A DNA stretch of 29,374 nucleotides from Verrucomicrobiales bacterium (GCA_007125835.1 SLCJ01000140.1:1-29374), one strand, 5' to 3'; numbered from the stretch's first letter, positions 7,690 to 18,153 are shown. The notes: a model not told the origin generated them from the letters alone. Numbers and translations: made by a program.

Positions 7690-8265
7690 ATGAAGAGAAA
7701 AGCATTGGTCTTTCGAGTTCCGGCGGCGGCGTTGGAGGAGTTTGAGGAGGTGGAGCGGCGGGATTGGACGGAAGGGCTGACGCTGGATGAATTGGTGGAG
7801 TGGGTGAATGCGGTGGCGGCGCGGTTTCGTCCGGATGAGGTGGGCGATGATTCGCGTGCGAGCCGGAATCTGACGCCGCGCACGCTCCGCCATTACCAGA
7901 CGCTGGGGTGCATTGACATGCCGGCGCGCCGGGGGCGTCGTGCGATGTATCGGTTTCGGCACTATGTGCAGGCGTTGCTGCTGAGGAAACTGGTGTGGGA
8001 GCGCATGCCCTCGGAGCGCATTGCGGCCTTGATGGCGGGGCGCGCCACGGAGGAGCTGAAGCGTTTGCTGTTTGAAGGGATCGAGGTGACTGCCCGGGGG
8101 ACTCCGGCGGAGCCCCCATCCGGCGGAGAGATGTGGTTCCGCATTCGGGTCGCACCCGGCATTGAGCTGGCGATGCAGGATGGCATGGAAAATCCGGGTG
8201 AGACTGCGCTTCGTGGATGGATGGAGAGAATCGAGTCGTCCCTGCGTGCGCGGTTCAGGGAGTAG
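7690..8265 (+). CDS. MerR-type helix-turn-helix protein
   Basis: LTLDEL...[17 protein letters not shown]...[10 protein letters not shown] wHTH pattern. Confidence 0.85.
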   Translation: MKRKALVFRVPAAALEEFEEVERRDWTEGLTLDELVEWVNAVAARFRPDEVGDDSRASRNLTPRTLRHYQTLGCIDMPARRGRRAMYRFRHYVQALLLRKLVWERMPSERIAALMAGRATEELKRLLFEGIEVTARGTPAEPPSGGEMWFRIRVAPGIELAMQDGMENPGETALRGWMERIESSLRARFRE

Positions 8266-8403
8266 TATTCCGCCCGCAGGCACCACCGCTTTGTCCTTTC
8301 TGATCAAGCTCCCCCCCCTCCCCTATTTCTATTCGAGGAATTCTTGAAGCCGGAAGCATTACGCCTCCACCACACCTAAGAAAATTCACAACCACCGCCG
8401 ACC

Positions 8404-11298
8404 ATGGATCAGACCAATCTCCAATTAAAAATCAATTCCCTGCTAGACCGGCAGGGGCGGCTGGAGGGCGACGTATCGCGCCTTCGTAGCGACTTGAACG
8501 AGCTGAAATCCGCGGCAGCCCCCCTGCTGGCTGGTGTTGGCAGGGTGGCGAGCGTTTCTGCCGCGCCGACCAGCACGCCACCTCCGCTCCCTCCCGCACC
8601 GGAGGTTCCCCCGGCGCAGGCTGTTCCGCCGGCGGGCAAAGTGCCGCCATCGAGAGCAGCCAATACCATTCAGGAACCAGCCGCCTCCACGATCCCGGCC
8701 GCCCCGGCCGCTGCGGATGTGTCGCCACACAAGGTCGGGACTGCAGCCGCCTCATCGCATTCATCGCCCCAGCAGGCTCCTGCCGCCTCATCGCCTCCCC
8801 CGGTGCAACAGGATCAGAACGAAGGAGGTGAGTCCCTGGAACTTCGTTTCGGGCGAGTCTGGTTGGTGAGGCTGGGGATTCTCTTTGTGGTTACGGGATT
8901 CGCGTTCCTGTGTCATTTCGCCTATCACGGCTTTTTCGCCGAACGTCCGCCTGAGGTCAAAGTGGCCGGTCTTCTTCTGTCCTCGATTGGACTGGCTGTG
9001 GCGGGTCATCTTTTCGCGCGCCGTGATTCGCTGCGATTGTATGGGCGCGTCGTGGCGGCGGGTGGCTGTGCGATGGTCTACTACACGGCTTTTGCAGCCA
9101 GTCATTTCGAGGGATTGAAGGTGATTGAGAGTCCGGTGACGGCCGGTGTGCTGTTGACGCTGGTGGCGCTGGGGATTGCCTGTTATTCGCGCTGGCAACG
9201 GGCACCCGGCTTTGCATTGGGTGCGCTGTTGCTGGCATACTACGGTGTGTTAACGACGCCGCTGGGATGGTTTGCCGTGGTGGCACTTACGGTGCTGGCC
9301 CTGGCGGCGTTGGCTTTGGCGGCGAGCTGTCGCATGCCGCTGGCAGGCTGGCTTTCGCTGATCGCCACCTACGGGGCTTATCTGTTTTGGCAGGGATTGT
9401 TTTATGGAGAAGGTGCGGGTGACCCGGGGCGCTGGCCACTGGTGCTATGGTGGCTATTGCACACCAGTGCGGCTCTTCCGGGCGCGCGCCATACAGCTGT
9501 GAGCGGACATGCCCGCACCTATTTTCTGACAATCAACCACGCTGCACTGCTTGCCAGTTTGGCCTTCGACTGGAACGTGCTGGGGTGGAGTGCCGATCTG
9601 GGATGGATCGCCCTGGGTATGGCGGTTGTGGTGGCGGGGATTGGCGTGTTGGCTTGGCGGCGGGAAGGGCGCGACTCGCTGCTGTGTGCGCCGCACTTCG
9701 GACAGGCCGTTGCGCTCCTTGCGCTCGCGCTGATTGTGGAACTGGACGGCTATCAGTTGTTCGTCGCCTTGGGTGCGCAGGGAGCGGCTCTGATGTGGGC
9801 CGGGTCGCGCATGGAACTCACCGTGCTTCGGGCCGGTGGCTGGCTGGTATCGCTGACGGCGGCTGGCCTGGCCCTCTATCATGCCGTGGCCGGGAGTGCC
9901 CCGGCGCTGAGTTTCATTGTGTTGGCGTTGATTTTTCTCGCGACCGCGCCGATCTCGCGGGCCGGAGACTGGAGCGTCTTTGGCGGAAAAATTTCACCGG
10001 CTTTTGGTGGTCATCTTTTCCCGGCGCTGGCGCTGGTGGTTCTCTATTTCGGTGCGTTGGAAAATCGCGCGGCTGATGTGGGTGTGCTGATCCTCGCAGG
10101 CATCGGGCTGGCATTTGAGCTGGGTCCGCGTTTCAGCGGGACGTGGAGGAACATCGCACCGGAGACGAGTCGGGTCGGTAGGCTGGCCCTTGTCTGCGCA
10201 TCTCTTCTGGCGCTAAACCTCCTGCCGCCGGACTTGGAGAGTGGGGTTGTGCCGCTTGCCGCCGGCCCTCTGCTGGGGCTGGCCGGAATCATGCTGATGG
10301 CCGCCTTTCTTCGTCATTCCGGCACGATGCGGGATCATTCCCCCGCCCCATCGAGCACACTTCGCGACGCCTACCTTCATGTGGAAGCCCTGCTGCCGAT
10401 TCTCGTGTTGGGAACCGGCCTGTATCGCCTGGAGGGCGGTCCGTCGTGGATGGTTACCTGGCCGGTGGCCGGGGCCTTGCTCGCGGCGGCGGCGTACACC
10501 TTGAAGCAGCCGCGGCAGCTGTTGCACGCTCACTGGCTTCCCTTTGTGGCTTTTGCTGGTCTGTTTTATGAGGGAACCGGGGTGTTGGAAGATGTTACAG
10601 GACTGCTTGTCTTCGCTCTGCTAGCCACGGTGGCATACCGGCATCGCCCCTTGTCCTCTATCCTGGAACAAGTGGCGAGGGCCTACCTCCTGGCCACGGC
10701 GGCATGGTTCTCGCTGTGGTGGATGGCTCACCTGCCGCACCCGTGGCTGGCGCTGGCACTGGTTGCCGGAGCTGTGGGATGGCTATATCGGTCCGCAGCC
10801 GAGGCGCTCGACGAGCGCTTCCGCGCCGCGTTGGTTCCGTGCGGGCTTCTGCTGGCGGGGGCCTCGCTTTGCGCCCTGCTGGGCAATTTGCCGGGCGGGT
10901 GGACTCATCATGCCGCCCTCGTGGCATTACTGGCCATGAACCGGTTCATTCCCTTGGGGGACATCCCACGCAAGATCCTCGCCATTCTCCTGCCCGCATT
11001 GCTCTTCGTCACACTCACGGGCCATGCCCAGGTGGCAGGCCACGGCGAGTGGCTTGCCTTGATCTGGACGGCGGGTGGTTTCGGGCTGCTGGTCTCGGGA
11101 CTCGCCTCCAATGACCGTCCCTTGAGGATTGCCGGTTTGGCCTTTGTGGCGGCCGCCCTGGGGCACGCCGTCTTGGTCGATGTGTGGAAAATCTCAAGTT
11201 TGCTGCGGGTGCTCAGCTTCACCGGGCTCGGGTGCGCGCTGCTTGCAGCGGGCTACATCTACAACCGCTGGCACGCCACCCTGCGCAAGCTGCTTTGA
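8404..11298 (+). CDS. DUF2339-like large integral membrane protein (964 aa)
   Basis: N-terminal coiled coil and Pro/Ala linker, ELRFGRVWLVRLG, many TM segments, C-terminal DVWKISSLLRVLSFTGLG. Confidence 0.88.
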   Translation: MDQTNLQLKINSLLDRQGRLEGDVSRLRSDLNELKSAAAPLLAGVGRVASVSAAPTSTPPPLPPAPEVPPAQAVPPAGKVPPSRAANTIQEPAASTIPAAPAAADVSPHKVGTAAASSHSSPQQAPAASSPPPVQQDQNEGGESLELRFGRVWLVRLGILFVVTGFAFLCHFAYHGFFAERPPEVKVAGLLLSSIGLAVAGHLFARRDSLRLYGRVVAAGGCAMVYYTAFAASHFEGLKVIESPVTAGVLLTLVALGIACYSRWQRAPGFALGALLLAYYGVLTTPLGWFAVVALTVLALAALALAASCRMPLAGWLSLIATYGAYLFWQGLFYGEGAGDPGRWPLVLWWLLHTSAALPGARHTAVSGHARTYFLTINHAALLASLAFDWNVLGWSADLGWIALGMAVVVAGIGVLAWRREGRDSLLCAPHFGQAVALLALALIVELDGYQLFVALGAQGAALMWAGSRMELTVLRAGGWLVSLTAAGLALYHAVAGSAPALSFIVLALIFLATAPISRAGDWSVFGGKISPAFGGHLFPALALVVLYFGALENRAADVGVLILAGIGLAFELGPRFSGTWRNIAPETSRVGRLALVCASLLALNLLPPDLESGVVPLAAGPLLGLAGIMLMAAFLRHSGTMRDHSPAPSSTLRDAYLHVEALLPILVLGTGLYRLEGGPSWMVTWPVAGALLAAAAYTLKQPRQLLHAHWLPFVAFAGLFYEGTGVLEDVTGLLVFALLATVAYRHRPLSSILEQVARAYLLATAAWFSLWWMAHLPHPWLALALVAGAVGWLYRSAAEALDERFRAALVPCGLLLAGASLCALLGNLPGGWTHHAALVALLAMNRFIPLGDIPRKILAILLPALLFVTLTGHAQVAGHGEWLALIWTAGGFGLLVSGLASNDRPLRIAGLAFVAAALGHAVLVDVWKISSLLRVLSFTGLGCALLAAGYIYNRWHATLRKLL

Positions 11299-11304
11299 TC
11301 ACCA

Positions 11305-12306
11305 TCAAAGGATGAGCATGCAGTCGCCGTAGCTGAAAAAGCGGTAGCGCTCCTCGACGGCCTTGGCATAGGCCTCGAGGACGAGGTCACGGCCTGCGAA
11401 CGCACTGACGAGCATCAGCAGTGTAGATTTGGGCAGGTGAAAATTGGTGAGCAGCGCATCGACGCGCCTGAATGCATGCGGCGGGCGGATGAAAATCGAG
11501 GTCTCGCCATGGCCGGGGGCGATCCCTCCTCCGGCCGCCATCAGGTGCTCAAGCACACGTACCACCGTGGTGCCGACCGCCAGAACGCGCGGTGCATCCG
11601 CTATTGCACGGGTGGCTTTCGGAGTGACATGGAAGCGTTCCGCATGCATCCTGTGGTCCTCGATCCGTTCGGCCGTAACAGGACGGAATGTGCCGATACC
11701 GACATGAAGGGTGATCCACTCTTTGTCCAACGCCGCGAGGACATCCGGGGTGAAGTGCAGGCCGGCGGTCGGTGCGGCGATGGCTCCGGGTTCGCTGGCA
11801 TAGACGGTTTGATAGCTTTCGCGATCCTCCTTCTGCTCATCGCGACCGATGTAGTGGGGAAGCGCGAGTTTTCCCGATGTCTCGGGGTCGGGTGCCCCTT
11901 CCGGCCAGCGGATCAGGCGTGCTCCGTCCTCGGGAAACACCTCCTCGACGACGCCCGTGTGCCCGGCGACCGTGAGGGTGGAGCCTGGGCGGGCACGGCG
12001 ACCCGGTTTGACCAGGCATCGCCAGGCCCCCGCCTCCGGCTCACCGAGGCGGAGTAGTTCGACTCGTCCGTCGTCGGTGAAGAATCGGACCGGAACAACT
12101 CTGGTGTTGTTCAAGACACAGAGAAACTCACTCCCCACCAGCCCGGCAAATTCGCCGAAACGTGCGTGGCGGATCGAGCCGGCGGTGCGGTCGATCACCA
12201 TCATGCGGGACGCCCCGCGCTGGGGCGGCGGCTGCCGCGCGATCAGTTCCGGCGGCAGCTCGTAATCGTAGTCGCTTGTGAGTCCGGGCGCGGGCATTCG
12301 TGTCAA
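11305..12306 (-). CDS. queA: S-adenosylmethionine:tRNA ribosyltransferase-isomerase
   Basis: DYDYELPPELIA, NNTRVVP, YQTVYA, AAPTAGLHFT, TNFHLPKSTLL, YRFFSYGDCM. Confidence 0.97.
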   Translation of the reverse strand: MTRMPAPGLTSDYDYELPPELIARQPPPQRGASRMMVIDRTAGSIRHARFGEFAGLVGSEFLCVLNNTRVVPVRFFTDDGRVELLRLGEPEAGAWRCLVKPGRRARPGSTLTVAGHTGVVEEVFPEDGARLIRWPEGAPDPETSGKLALPHYIGRDEQKEDRESYQTVYASEPGAIAAPTAGLHFTPDVLAALDKEWITLHVGIGTFRPVTAERIEDHRMHAERFHVTPKATRAIADAPRVLAVGTTVVRVLEHLMAAGGGIAPGHGETSIFIRPPHAFRRVDALLTNFHLPKSTLLMLVSAFAGRDLVLEAYAKAVEERYRFFSYGDCMLIL

Positions 12307-12833
12307 ACGCTCGGGTCGGCCTGGCCGTCGGCAGGAGCCTCATCCTCTTCGATCTCCAACGAGTCGCGGGCCACGGCCTGTCCGCGCTTCCACTCGGGCC
12401 AGCCGCCAGCGAGAACGAGCACCTGCATGTCCGGGTTCATCGCCAAAAGCCCGTTGCGCATCTGGTGCCCGGACCGGCAGGCTGTAGACGCGCAGAAAAT
12501 CACAACGGTGGTGTCGGGGCGCAGCCGACCGGAGTGGGTCAGTTCAAAAAGCTTGATCTCGAGGTCGGAGTGGGCCTCCTCGGGGATGTTCACGGCATTG
12601 GAAATGGTCTCGCGCCGGAACTCGGCCTCGGGCCGGGTGTCAATCCAGAGGACATCACGCTCCGACGCCGCGAGAAGTGCGGCTGCGAGTGAGATCTCAC
12701 CTTCACCCACGGGGACGGCGGCACCTCCGCCCCCGAGAAGCGGGCGGGCATCAGGGTGCCAGATGAACACGGCGGCGCTGCCAAGCGCCCAGAATACAAG
12801 CAGGAGAAAAACCTGTCGGAGAAAAGGAGTCAT
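12303..12833 (-). CDS. Membrane-anchored rhodanese-like domain protein
   Basis: N-terminal TM; WIDTRPEAEF, ISNAVNIP, active-site loop FCASTAC, LAGGWPEW. Confidence 0.88.
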   Translation of the reverse strand: MTPFLRQVFLLLVFWALGSAAVFIWHPDARPLLGGGGAAVPVGEGEISLAAALLAASERDVLWIDTRPEAEFRRETISNAVNIPEEAHSDLEIKLFELTHSGRLRPDTTVVIFCASTACRSGHQMRNGLLAMNPDMQVLVLAGGWPEWKRGQAVARDSLEIEEDEAPADGQADPSV

Positions 12834-12839
12834 TGTGGT

Positions 12840-13607
12840 TCAGTTGGTTTCGCGGGGGTGCTCCACCGAGAGGAAGCCCATCGCGTTTCGGAATTTTTCG
12901 TAGCGGCAGTCGGTTTCGAAGGAGACCAGGCCGAGAAGCGGGTGGGGAAATTCGCCGGAGGGAGTGACGTGCACACGATACAAGCGGCCCTCTTCAACCT
13001 CCTCGATACGGAGCGAAAACTCCTCCCGGGACACACTGGCTTGCAGCAAGTGGATGGGCTCATCGAGGGCCATACGCACGGTGAAATGTTGTTCGTTCAG
13101 TTCCCCGCTAATGTCCCATCGAATGGTGGGAGGATCGATAACCACCACTTCGGGGATGGTGACGGCGACATTGAGCACCCGGCGGAATGTCTCGCCGCCA
13201 CTGCGGAACACTGCATTGAGGTGCTGATTGGCTGTGCCGCTGAAACGCCCGGTGCGGAAAACGGCGCGGATCTCGGCCGAAGCTCCGGGGGCAATCTCCC
13301 CCTCCGTGGCCTCGGCGACCAGGCAGGCCCCGCAATTGGAAAGAACCGAGATTACCTCAACGGGCTGCTCTCGGTCGTTGCGGAACGTGAACATCACCTC
13401 CACTGTATCGTCGCCGGGACCGGCATCCACTTCGACCTTGTCGGACTCGAAATGCAGGCTATCGGGCTGGCTGGCGGCAGCGGCGGAGATGAAGCCTACG
13501 GCCACGATCCCGACAACGGCCCTCAGCGCCCGCGCAAAAAAATCCGCGCCGCCAGATGGCGAGCCACTTTGTTCCTTCCCCCATCTTTTGAGAATCGCCA
13601 GTTTCAT
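12840..13607 (-). CDS. DUF1573-domain exported Ig-like protein
   Basis: Hydrophobic leader; F-x-FRN...VLSNCGAC...IAPGASAEI pattern; ATGA overlap with ppaC. Start uncertain. Confidence 0.8.
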   Translation of the reverse strand: MKLAILKRWGKEQSGSPSGGADFFARALRAVVGIVAVGFISAAAASQPDSLHFESDKVEVDAGPGDDTVEVMFTFRNDREQPVEVISVLSNCGACLVAEATEGEIAPGASAEIRAVFRTGRFSGTANQHLNAVFRSGGETFRRVLNVAVTIPEVVVIDPPTIRWDISGELNEQHFTVRMALDEPIHLLQASVSREEFSLRIEEVEEGRLYRVHVTPSGEFPHPLLGLVSFETDCRYEKFRNAMGFLSVEHPRETN

Positions 13608-15376
13608 CCATTTGCCTCCTTTCCGTTTATACGTCCGGAATCGTCGCCTGTTGTCGCGGTTTCGGGCGGGCGGTTGCGGCTGGCCCGGGCGAGCACACGG
13701 CTGATGTAAGGAAAAAACTGCTTCTTGCGGCTGACCACACCATCAAGACGGAACACACCGTCAAATTGCCGCGGGTAATCGATCAGGCGGCTGATGCTCT
13801 CGTTGCCGGAAACAAGCAGCAGGCTGAAAAGGCGCGTGATGTCTGTGACGAGAAGGCAGGCGTGGTCGAGTTCGCGTTCGCACCGCAGGTGGTCGAGGTA
13901 ATCTTCCAGTTCGGCACGGCGGGACATGAACCCATCCAGCGCCACCTCTTCAATCTGGCTGATGCTGATCCGCCACCCGTGCTCCTTGTATTCCTTGCGG
14001 TCGGCATTGATCAGCTTGTCGGCGGGTGCCGAGCGAAGCATCGAGCCCGCAGCGAAAAAGCGGGCGGCAAAATCATCGAGATCGATCCCGGCCACCTCGC
14101 CGAGCCAGACCAGGATCTCGCGATCGATGTCGGTGGTGGTGGGCGAGGTCAGGTTCAGGGTGTCGGAAATCATCCCGGCACACAAACATATCGCTGTTCC
14201 TTTTTGCGGGTGAATTCCGGCGTCGCGGAAATTGCGGGCGACGATGGTGGATGTCGAGCCGACCGGCTCGTTGATGAAGCGGATCGGCTCCCGGGAAACC
14301 AGGTTGCCGCCGAGACGGTGGTGGTCGATCACCTCGATGATCTCCGCCTCGTCGGCTCCGGTGACCGCCTGCGAAAACTCGTTGTGGTCTACAAGTACCA
14401 GAGGGGTCCGCGGCGGATCGAGTAGGTCCGACTTGGAAAAAACGCCGAGCAGCGTGCCCTCGTTCTCGCAGAGCACGGGAAAAATGAACTGGCGGGACTC
14501 TTGTACATCGTGAACCAGGGAGGAAACCAGGGCCTTTGCGGGCACCGACCGGAAATCGGAAGCGGTGGCCGAGCCCACGCGCGGCGAACAGCGTATCAAC
14601 TGAACAGCGGAGGCGGTGTCGCCGGGGAAATAGATCACCGCCACCTCGTTGTCGAGCGCTTTCTCGCGATCCTCGACGGAAAGACGCGCGCCGCCGGTCA
14701 ATACGACCGCCTTCACCGGAAGATCGATGATGATTCTGTGGATGTTAGGCCTGTCTCCGACGACGACGACGAGCGACTCCGGCGGGTAGTGTCCCAGCCT
14801 GGCTTTGAGCAGATCCTCGCTGGACGCGGCGACCATGAGGACATAGTCGCGCTCGATACGTGGATTTTCGTTGGTCTCGACAGCGGAACTCATCGCCTCG
14901 GCCATGTTGAGCAGGCTGGTGCGCACGCGGCGGGCGTCGCCCGACTGCCGCGCGCCACTTTCGATGGAATGCATCAAGAGTTGCAGAAGATCAGTTACCG
15001 TGGGCAGGCCGGTGACCCGCTGGCGGTCGTCGACGAGGGGGATGGACCTCACTCCTGCCCGCTTCATCCTGTTGTAAACCATGAGGAAGCTTTCGTCCGG
15101 GTGGGCCCGCACCACATCGCGCCGACAGATCGACCCCGCGGTGGGCCTCACATCCATTACCAGGCGCGGCGGCTCGACTCCGGCGTATTCCAGCACCCAC
15201 TCGGTGCGGGGGTTGATGCCGCCGCAGCAGGCGGCGACGGTGTCGAGTCCGCGCGCTTCTCGCAGGAATTCGGCGTATCCGACAGCCGAGCAGATGGCAT
15301 CGGTGTCCGGATTCTTGTGGCCGATCACGAGGATCGGTTCCGGTCGGCCGGGGGAATTGGACTGGGATTCGGCCAT
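13604..15376 (-). CDS. ppaC: Family II Mn-dependent inorganic pyrophosphatase with CBS/DRTGG insert
   Basis: GHKNPDTDAIC, CBS and DRTGG-like VVGDR region, LVDHNE, IDHHR, GSTSTIV, C-terminal VVSRKKQ. Start ATG 15376. Confidence 0.93.
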   Translation of the reverse strand: MAESQSNSPGRPEPILVIGHKNPDTDAICSAVGYAEFLREARGLDTVAACCGGINPRTEWVLEYAGVEPPRLVMDVRPTAGSICRRDVVRAHPDESFLMVYNRMKRAGVRSIPLVDDRQRVTGLPTVTDLLQLLMHSIESGARQSGDARRVRTSLLNMAEAMSSAVETNENPRIERDYVLMVAASSEDLLKARLGHYPPESLVVVVGDRPNIHRIIIDLPVKAVVLTGGARLSVEDREKALDNEVAVIYFPGDTASAVQLIRCSPRVGSATASDFRSVPAKALVSSLVHDVQESRQFIFPVLCENEGTLLGVFSKSDLLDPPRTPLVLVDHNEFSQAVTGADEAEIIEVIDHHRLGGNLVSREPIRFINEPVGSTSTIVARNFRDAGIHPQKGTAICLCAGMISDTLNLTSPTTTDIDREILVWLGEVAGIDLDDFAARFFAAGSMLRSAPADKLINADRKEYKEHGWRISISQIEEVALDGFMSRRAELEDYLDHLRCERELDHACLLVTDITRLFSLLLVSGNESISRLIDYPRQFDGVFRLDGVVSRKKQFFPYISRVLARASRNRPPETATTGDDSGRINGKEANG

Positions 15377-15440
15377 GGGGGCGGAAAGCGGAGGGAATTC
15401 CCCGCGCATCCGCAGGGTGGACGGGGCGCAACAGGAGTGC

Positions 15441-16010
15441 TCAGACCGTCATCACTTCCTTCTCCTTGTTGCGTGCCAGATCATCGATCTCAGCGACATG
15501 CTTGTCGGTGAGTTTTTGCACCTCACCCTCAAAGTCATGGCGTTCGTCCTCGGTGATCTCCTTGTTCTTCTCCATCTTTCGGGCGGCGTCAATCGCGTCG
15601 CGGCGCACGGAACGAACGGCCACACGGGCCTCCTCGGCTTTCGCCTTGACTACCTTGACCAGATCACGGCGGCGCTCCTCGGTGAGTTCCGGCACGGGCA
15701 GGCGGATTGTCTTGCCCTCAGTGGCGGGATTGATGCCGATGTTGGCCTCGCGGATGCCGCGTTCGATGTCTTGAAGCGTCGAGGGATCAAACGGACTGAC
15801 CATCAGCAGGCGCGGCTCGGGCGTGCTGATCGCGGCCAATTGTTTGAGCTTCATCGAAGTGCCTCCGTAAATGCTGACTTTTACATCGACATTCTCGACC
15901 AGCTGCGGCGAGGCTTTGCCAGTGCGGATGCCCGCGAACTCGTGCAGCAAGTGCTCGACGGATTTTTTCATCGACGCGCCGGCGTCGGCAAGTTGGGTTG
16001 ACGTGCTCAT
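15441..16010 (-). CDS. frr: Ribosome recycling factor
   Basis: IRTGKASP, PVPELTEERRRDLVK, ARVAVRSVRRD, KEKEVMTV. Start ATG 16010. Confidence 0.97.
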   Translation of the reverse strand: MSTSTQLADAGASMKKSVEHLLHEFAGIRTGKASPQLVENVDVKVSIYGGTSMKLKQLAAISTPEPRLLMVSPFDPSTLQDIERGIREANIGINPATEGKTIRLPVPELTEERRRDLVKVVKAKAEEARVAVRSVRRDAIDAARKMEKNKEITEDERHDFEGEVQKLTDKHVAEIDDLARNKEKEVMTV

Positions 16011-16078
16011 GGTGCTTGTGGGTCTTGTGGGTAGGATTCCGTGGGTGGGCCCGGCGCGATTCCGGGCAAAAAGGGCGG

Positions 16079-16816
16079 TCAGTTGGTGACGAGAGTGCCG
16101 ACAGGTTCGCCAAGGAGGGCCTTGAGGATGTTGCCCGGCGCATTCATGTCGAACACGATGATGGGCATGTGGTTGTCCATGCACAGGCTGAAGGCGGTGG
16201 CATCCATCACCTTGAGCCGCGAGGAAAGGGCCTCGCGAAAGGTGAGTTCCTCGAAGCGCCGCGCATCCGGATTTTTCACCGGGTCGGAGTCATAGACACC
16301 GTCGACCTTGGTTGCCTTGAGGATCACCGAAGCGCCGATCTCACTGGCGCGCAGGGCGGCGGCGGTGTCTGTGGAGAAAAACGGATTGCCCGTGCCTGCG
16401 GCGAAGATCACCACGCGCCCGCGCTCGAGGTGGCGTATGGCCATGCGGCGGATGAAGGGCTCGGCCACGTTCTTCATTTCGATCGCGGTTTGCACACGCA
16501 CCGAGAGGCCCATGGTCTCGAGAATGTTCTGCACGGCGAGCGAATTCATCACCGTCGCCAGCATGCCCATGTAGTCTGCGGTGGAGCGGTCCATTCCACG
16601 GTGGCTTGCGCTGGCCCCGCGCCAGAAATTGCCGCCTCCGACGACAATCGCCACCTGGACGCCCTTGCCCACGGCTTCGACAATTGGCGTAGCGATGCGG
16701 GTGATGATCTCAGGTGAGATGTTGTCGCGGCTGCCTTCCTCACGGAGGGCCTCCCCGCTGAGTTTCAACACAACCCTGCGGGCTCCCGGGGAATTTTTGG
16801 TTTGACTGTCTGGCAC
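16079..16816 (-). CDS. pyrH: UMP kinase
   Basis: [54 protein letters not shown]. Probable GTG start 16816. Confidence 0.97.
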   Translation of the reverse strand: MPDSQTKNSPGARRVVLKLSGEALREEGSRDNISPEIITRIATPIVEAVGKGVQVAIVVGGGNFWRGASASHRGMDRSTADYMGMLATVMNSLAVQNILETMGLSVRVQTAIEMKNVAEPFIRRMAIRHLERGRVVIFAAGTGNPFFSTDTAAALRASEIGASVILKATKVDGVYDSDPVKNPDARRFEELTFREALSSRLKVMDATAFSLCMDNHMPIIVFDMNAPGNILKALLGEPVGTLVTN

Positions 16817-16950
16817 GCGGCCACAAAAGCACCGAACAAAGGCCAATGCAAGCGCGCGGGTGCGGTTCGCCACAGATGAGGCAGCCTGAAATCCGCAGGC
16901 CGGAATGTGCTGCCGAAGGCCCTGTCAGATGCGCCGTGGGTCGCACCGGC

Positions 16951-18153
16951 TCAAGCCGTGCTCCGGCGGACGACTCGCCCTCGCCGGGAGGCGTTGCCCA
17001 GGCGCTCGCGCACGCGGTTGCCCGCTGCGGCAATGACCGCGGCCGCCTGATCCAATTCTTCCGGGGTGGTGCCAGGGCAGGAGGAAAAGCGCAGCGTTTC
17101 GGCACCGGCGGCCTCGCCGACACCCATCGCCAGCAGCACGGGGCTCGGTTTCGCCTGCCCGGTGCGGCAGGCCGATCCCGACGAAGCGCAGAGCCCCGCC
17201 TCGTCAAGCAGCACGAGCATCGCTTCGGCGGGCACTCCCCCGAGGCGAACGCAGGTGGTATTGGGCACACGCGGTGCCGCCGCGCCATGGATTGTCACAT
17301 CCGGCAGCAAGGCGGTGAGGCGCGCCTCGAAGCGGTCGCGGGCGCCAGACCAGCGCCCGAGTTCGGAGGGCGAGGCGGCGCGGAGCCTGGCCAGCTGTGC
17401 CGCCATACCCAGACCGGCGATATATGCGGTGTTCTCAGTGCCGCCTCGGCGCCCACCCTCCTGGCCGCCGCCATGGAGATGGGGCGAAAAGGGAGTGCCA
17501 CTGCGGATCCACAACGCTCCGACCCCCTTGGGTGCATGGAATTTATGGCCCGAAAGTGCGGCAAAACGCAGGGCGGGCAGATTCACGTCGACCGGGTCCT
17601 TGCCAATGGCCTGCACCATGTCGCAGAGCAAGGGCACGCCATGCCGCTCGAGGATGTAAGCGGCCTCGCGCACGCCGCCAATTATGCCTGTTTCGTTATT
17701 CGCCCACATCAAACAGGCAAGCGCGAAGCCGCCCTCGTTCTCCCGCAAAACCTCTGCCAAATGACCCAGGTCGTAGCGTCCATCACCAGTCACGCGCAAG
17801 CGGCACACATTGCCGGGCCCGACGGCATGTTCCGCCGCTTTCACCACGGCGCTGTGCTCCACGGCGGACACCAGAACCATCGGCCGACCGGGCTGGGCCG
17901 CCACAGCCGAGAAAATCGCCGCGTTCAGGGCTTCGGTTGCGCCACTGGTGAACACCACTTCGTCAGCCGCCGCCCCCAGCAGCGCCGCCACCTCGGCGCG
18001 CGCTTGCTCGATGGCCTCTCGCGCGGCTTTGCCGGCGGTGTGCCCCGAGGACGGGTTTCCGTATTGTTCCCTGAGAAAAGGCAACATGCTTTCGAGCACG
18101 GCCGGATCGACGGGTGTGGTCGCGTTGTGGTCGAGGTAGATCACGCCAGACAT
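16951..18153 (-). CDS. iscS: Group I cysteine desulfurase (IscS/NifS-like)
   Basis: YLDHNATTP, GNPSS, ANNETG, SGHKFHAPKG (PLP Lys), SSGSAC (catalytic Cys). Confidence 0.92.
   Translation of the reverse strand: MSGVIYLDHNATTPVDPAVLESMLPFLREQYGNPSSGHTAGKAAREAIEQARAEVAALLGAAADEVVFTSGATEALNAAIFSAVAAQPGRPMVLVSAVEHSAVVKAAEHAVGPGNVCRLRVTGDGRYDLGHLAEVLRENEGGFALACLMWANNETGIIGGVREAAYILERHGVPLLCDMVQAIGKDPVDVNLPALRFAALSGHKFHAPKGVGALWIRSGTPFSPHLHGGGQEGGRRGGTENTAYIAGLGMAAQLARLRAASPSELGRWSGARDRFEARLTALLPDVTIHGAAAPRVPNTTCVRLGGVPAEAMLVLLDEAGLCASSGSACRTGQAKPSPVLLAMGVGEAAGAETLRFSSCPGTTPEELDQAAAVIAAAGNRVRERLGNASRRGRVVRRSTA

Noticed and set aside
5821-8400. attR-type duplication of the tRNA-His 3' end
   Set aside because: No second copy of CGATCACCCCA or the T-arm found by eye downstream, and no integrase, so it is not called an integrative element.
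5758-12306. Functional linkage of queA with nearby tRNA-His (a queuosine-modified tRNA)
   Set aside because: Opposite strands, 5.5 kb apart with unrelated genes between; likely coincidence.
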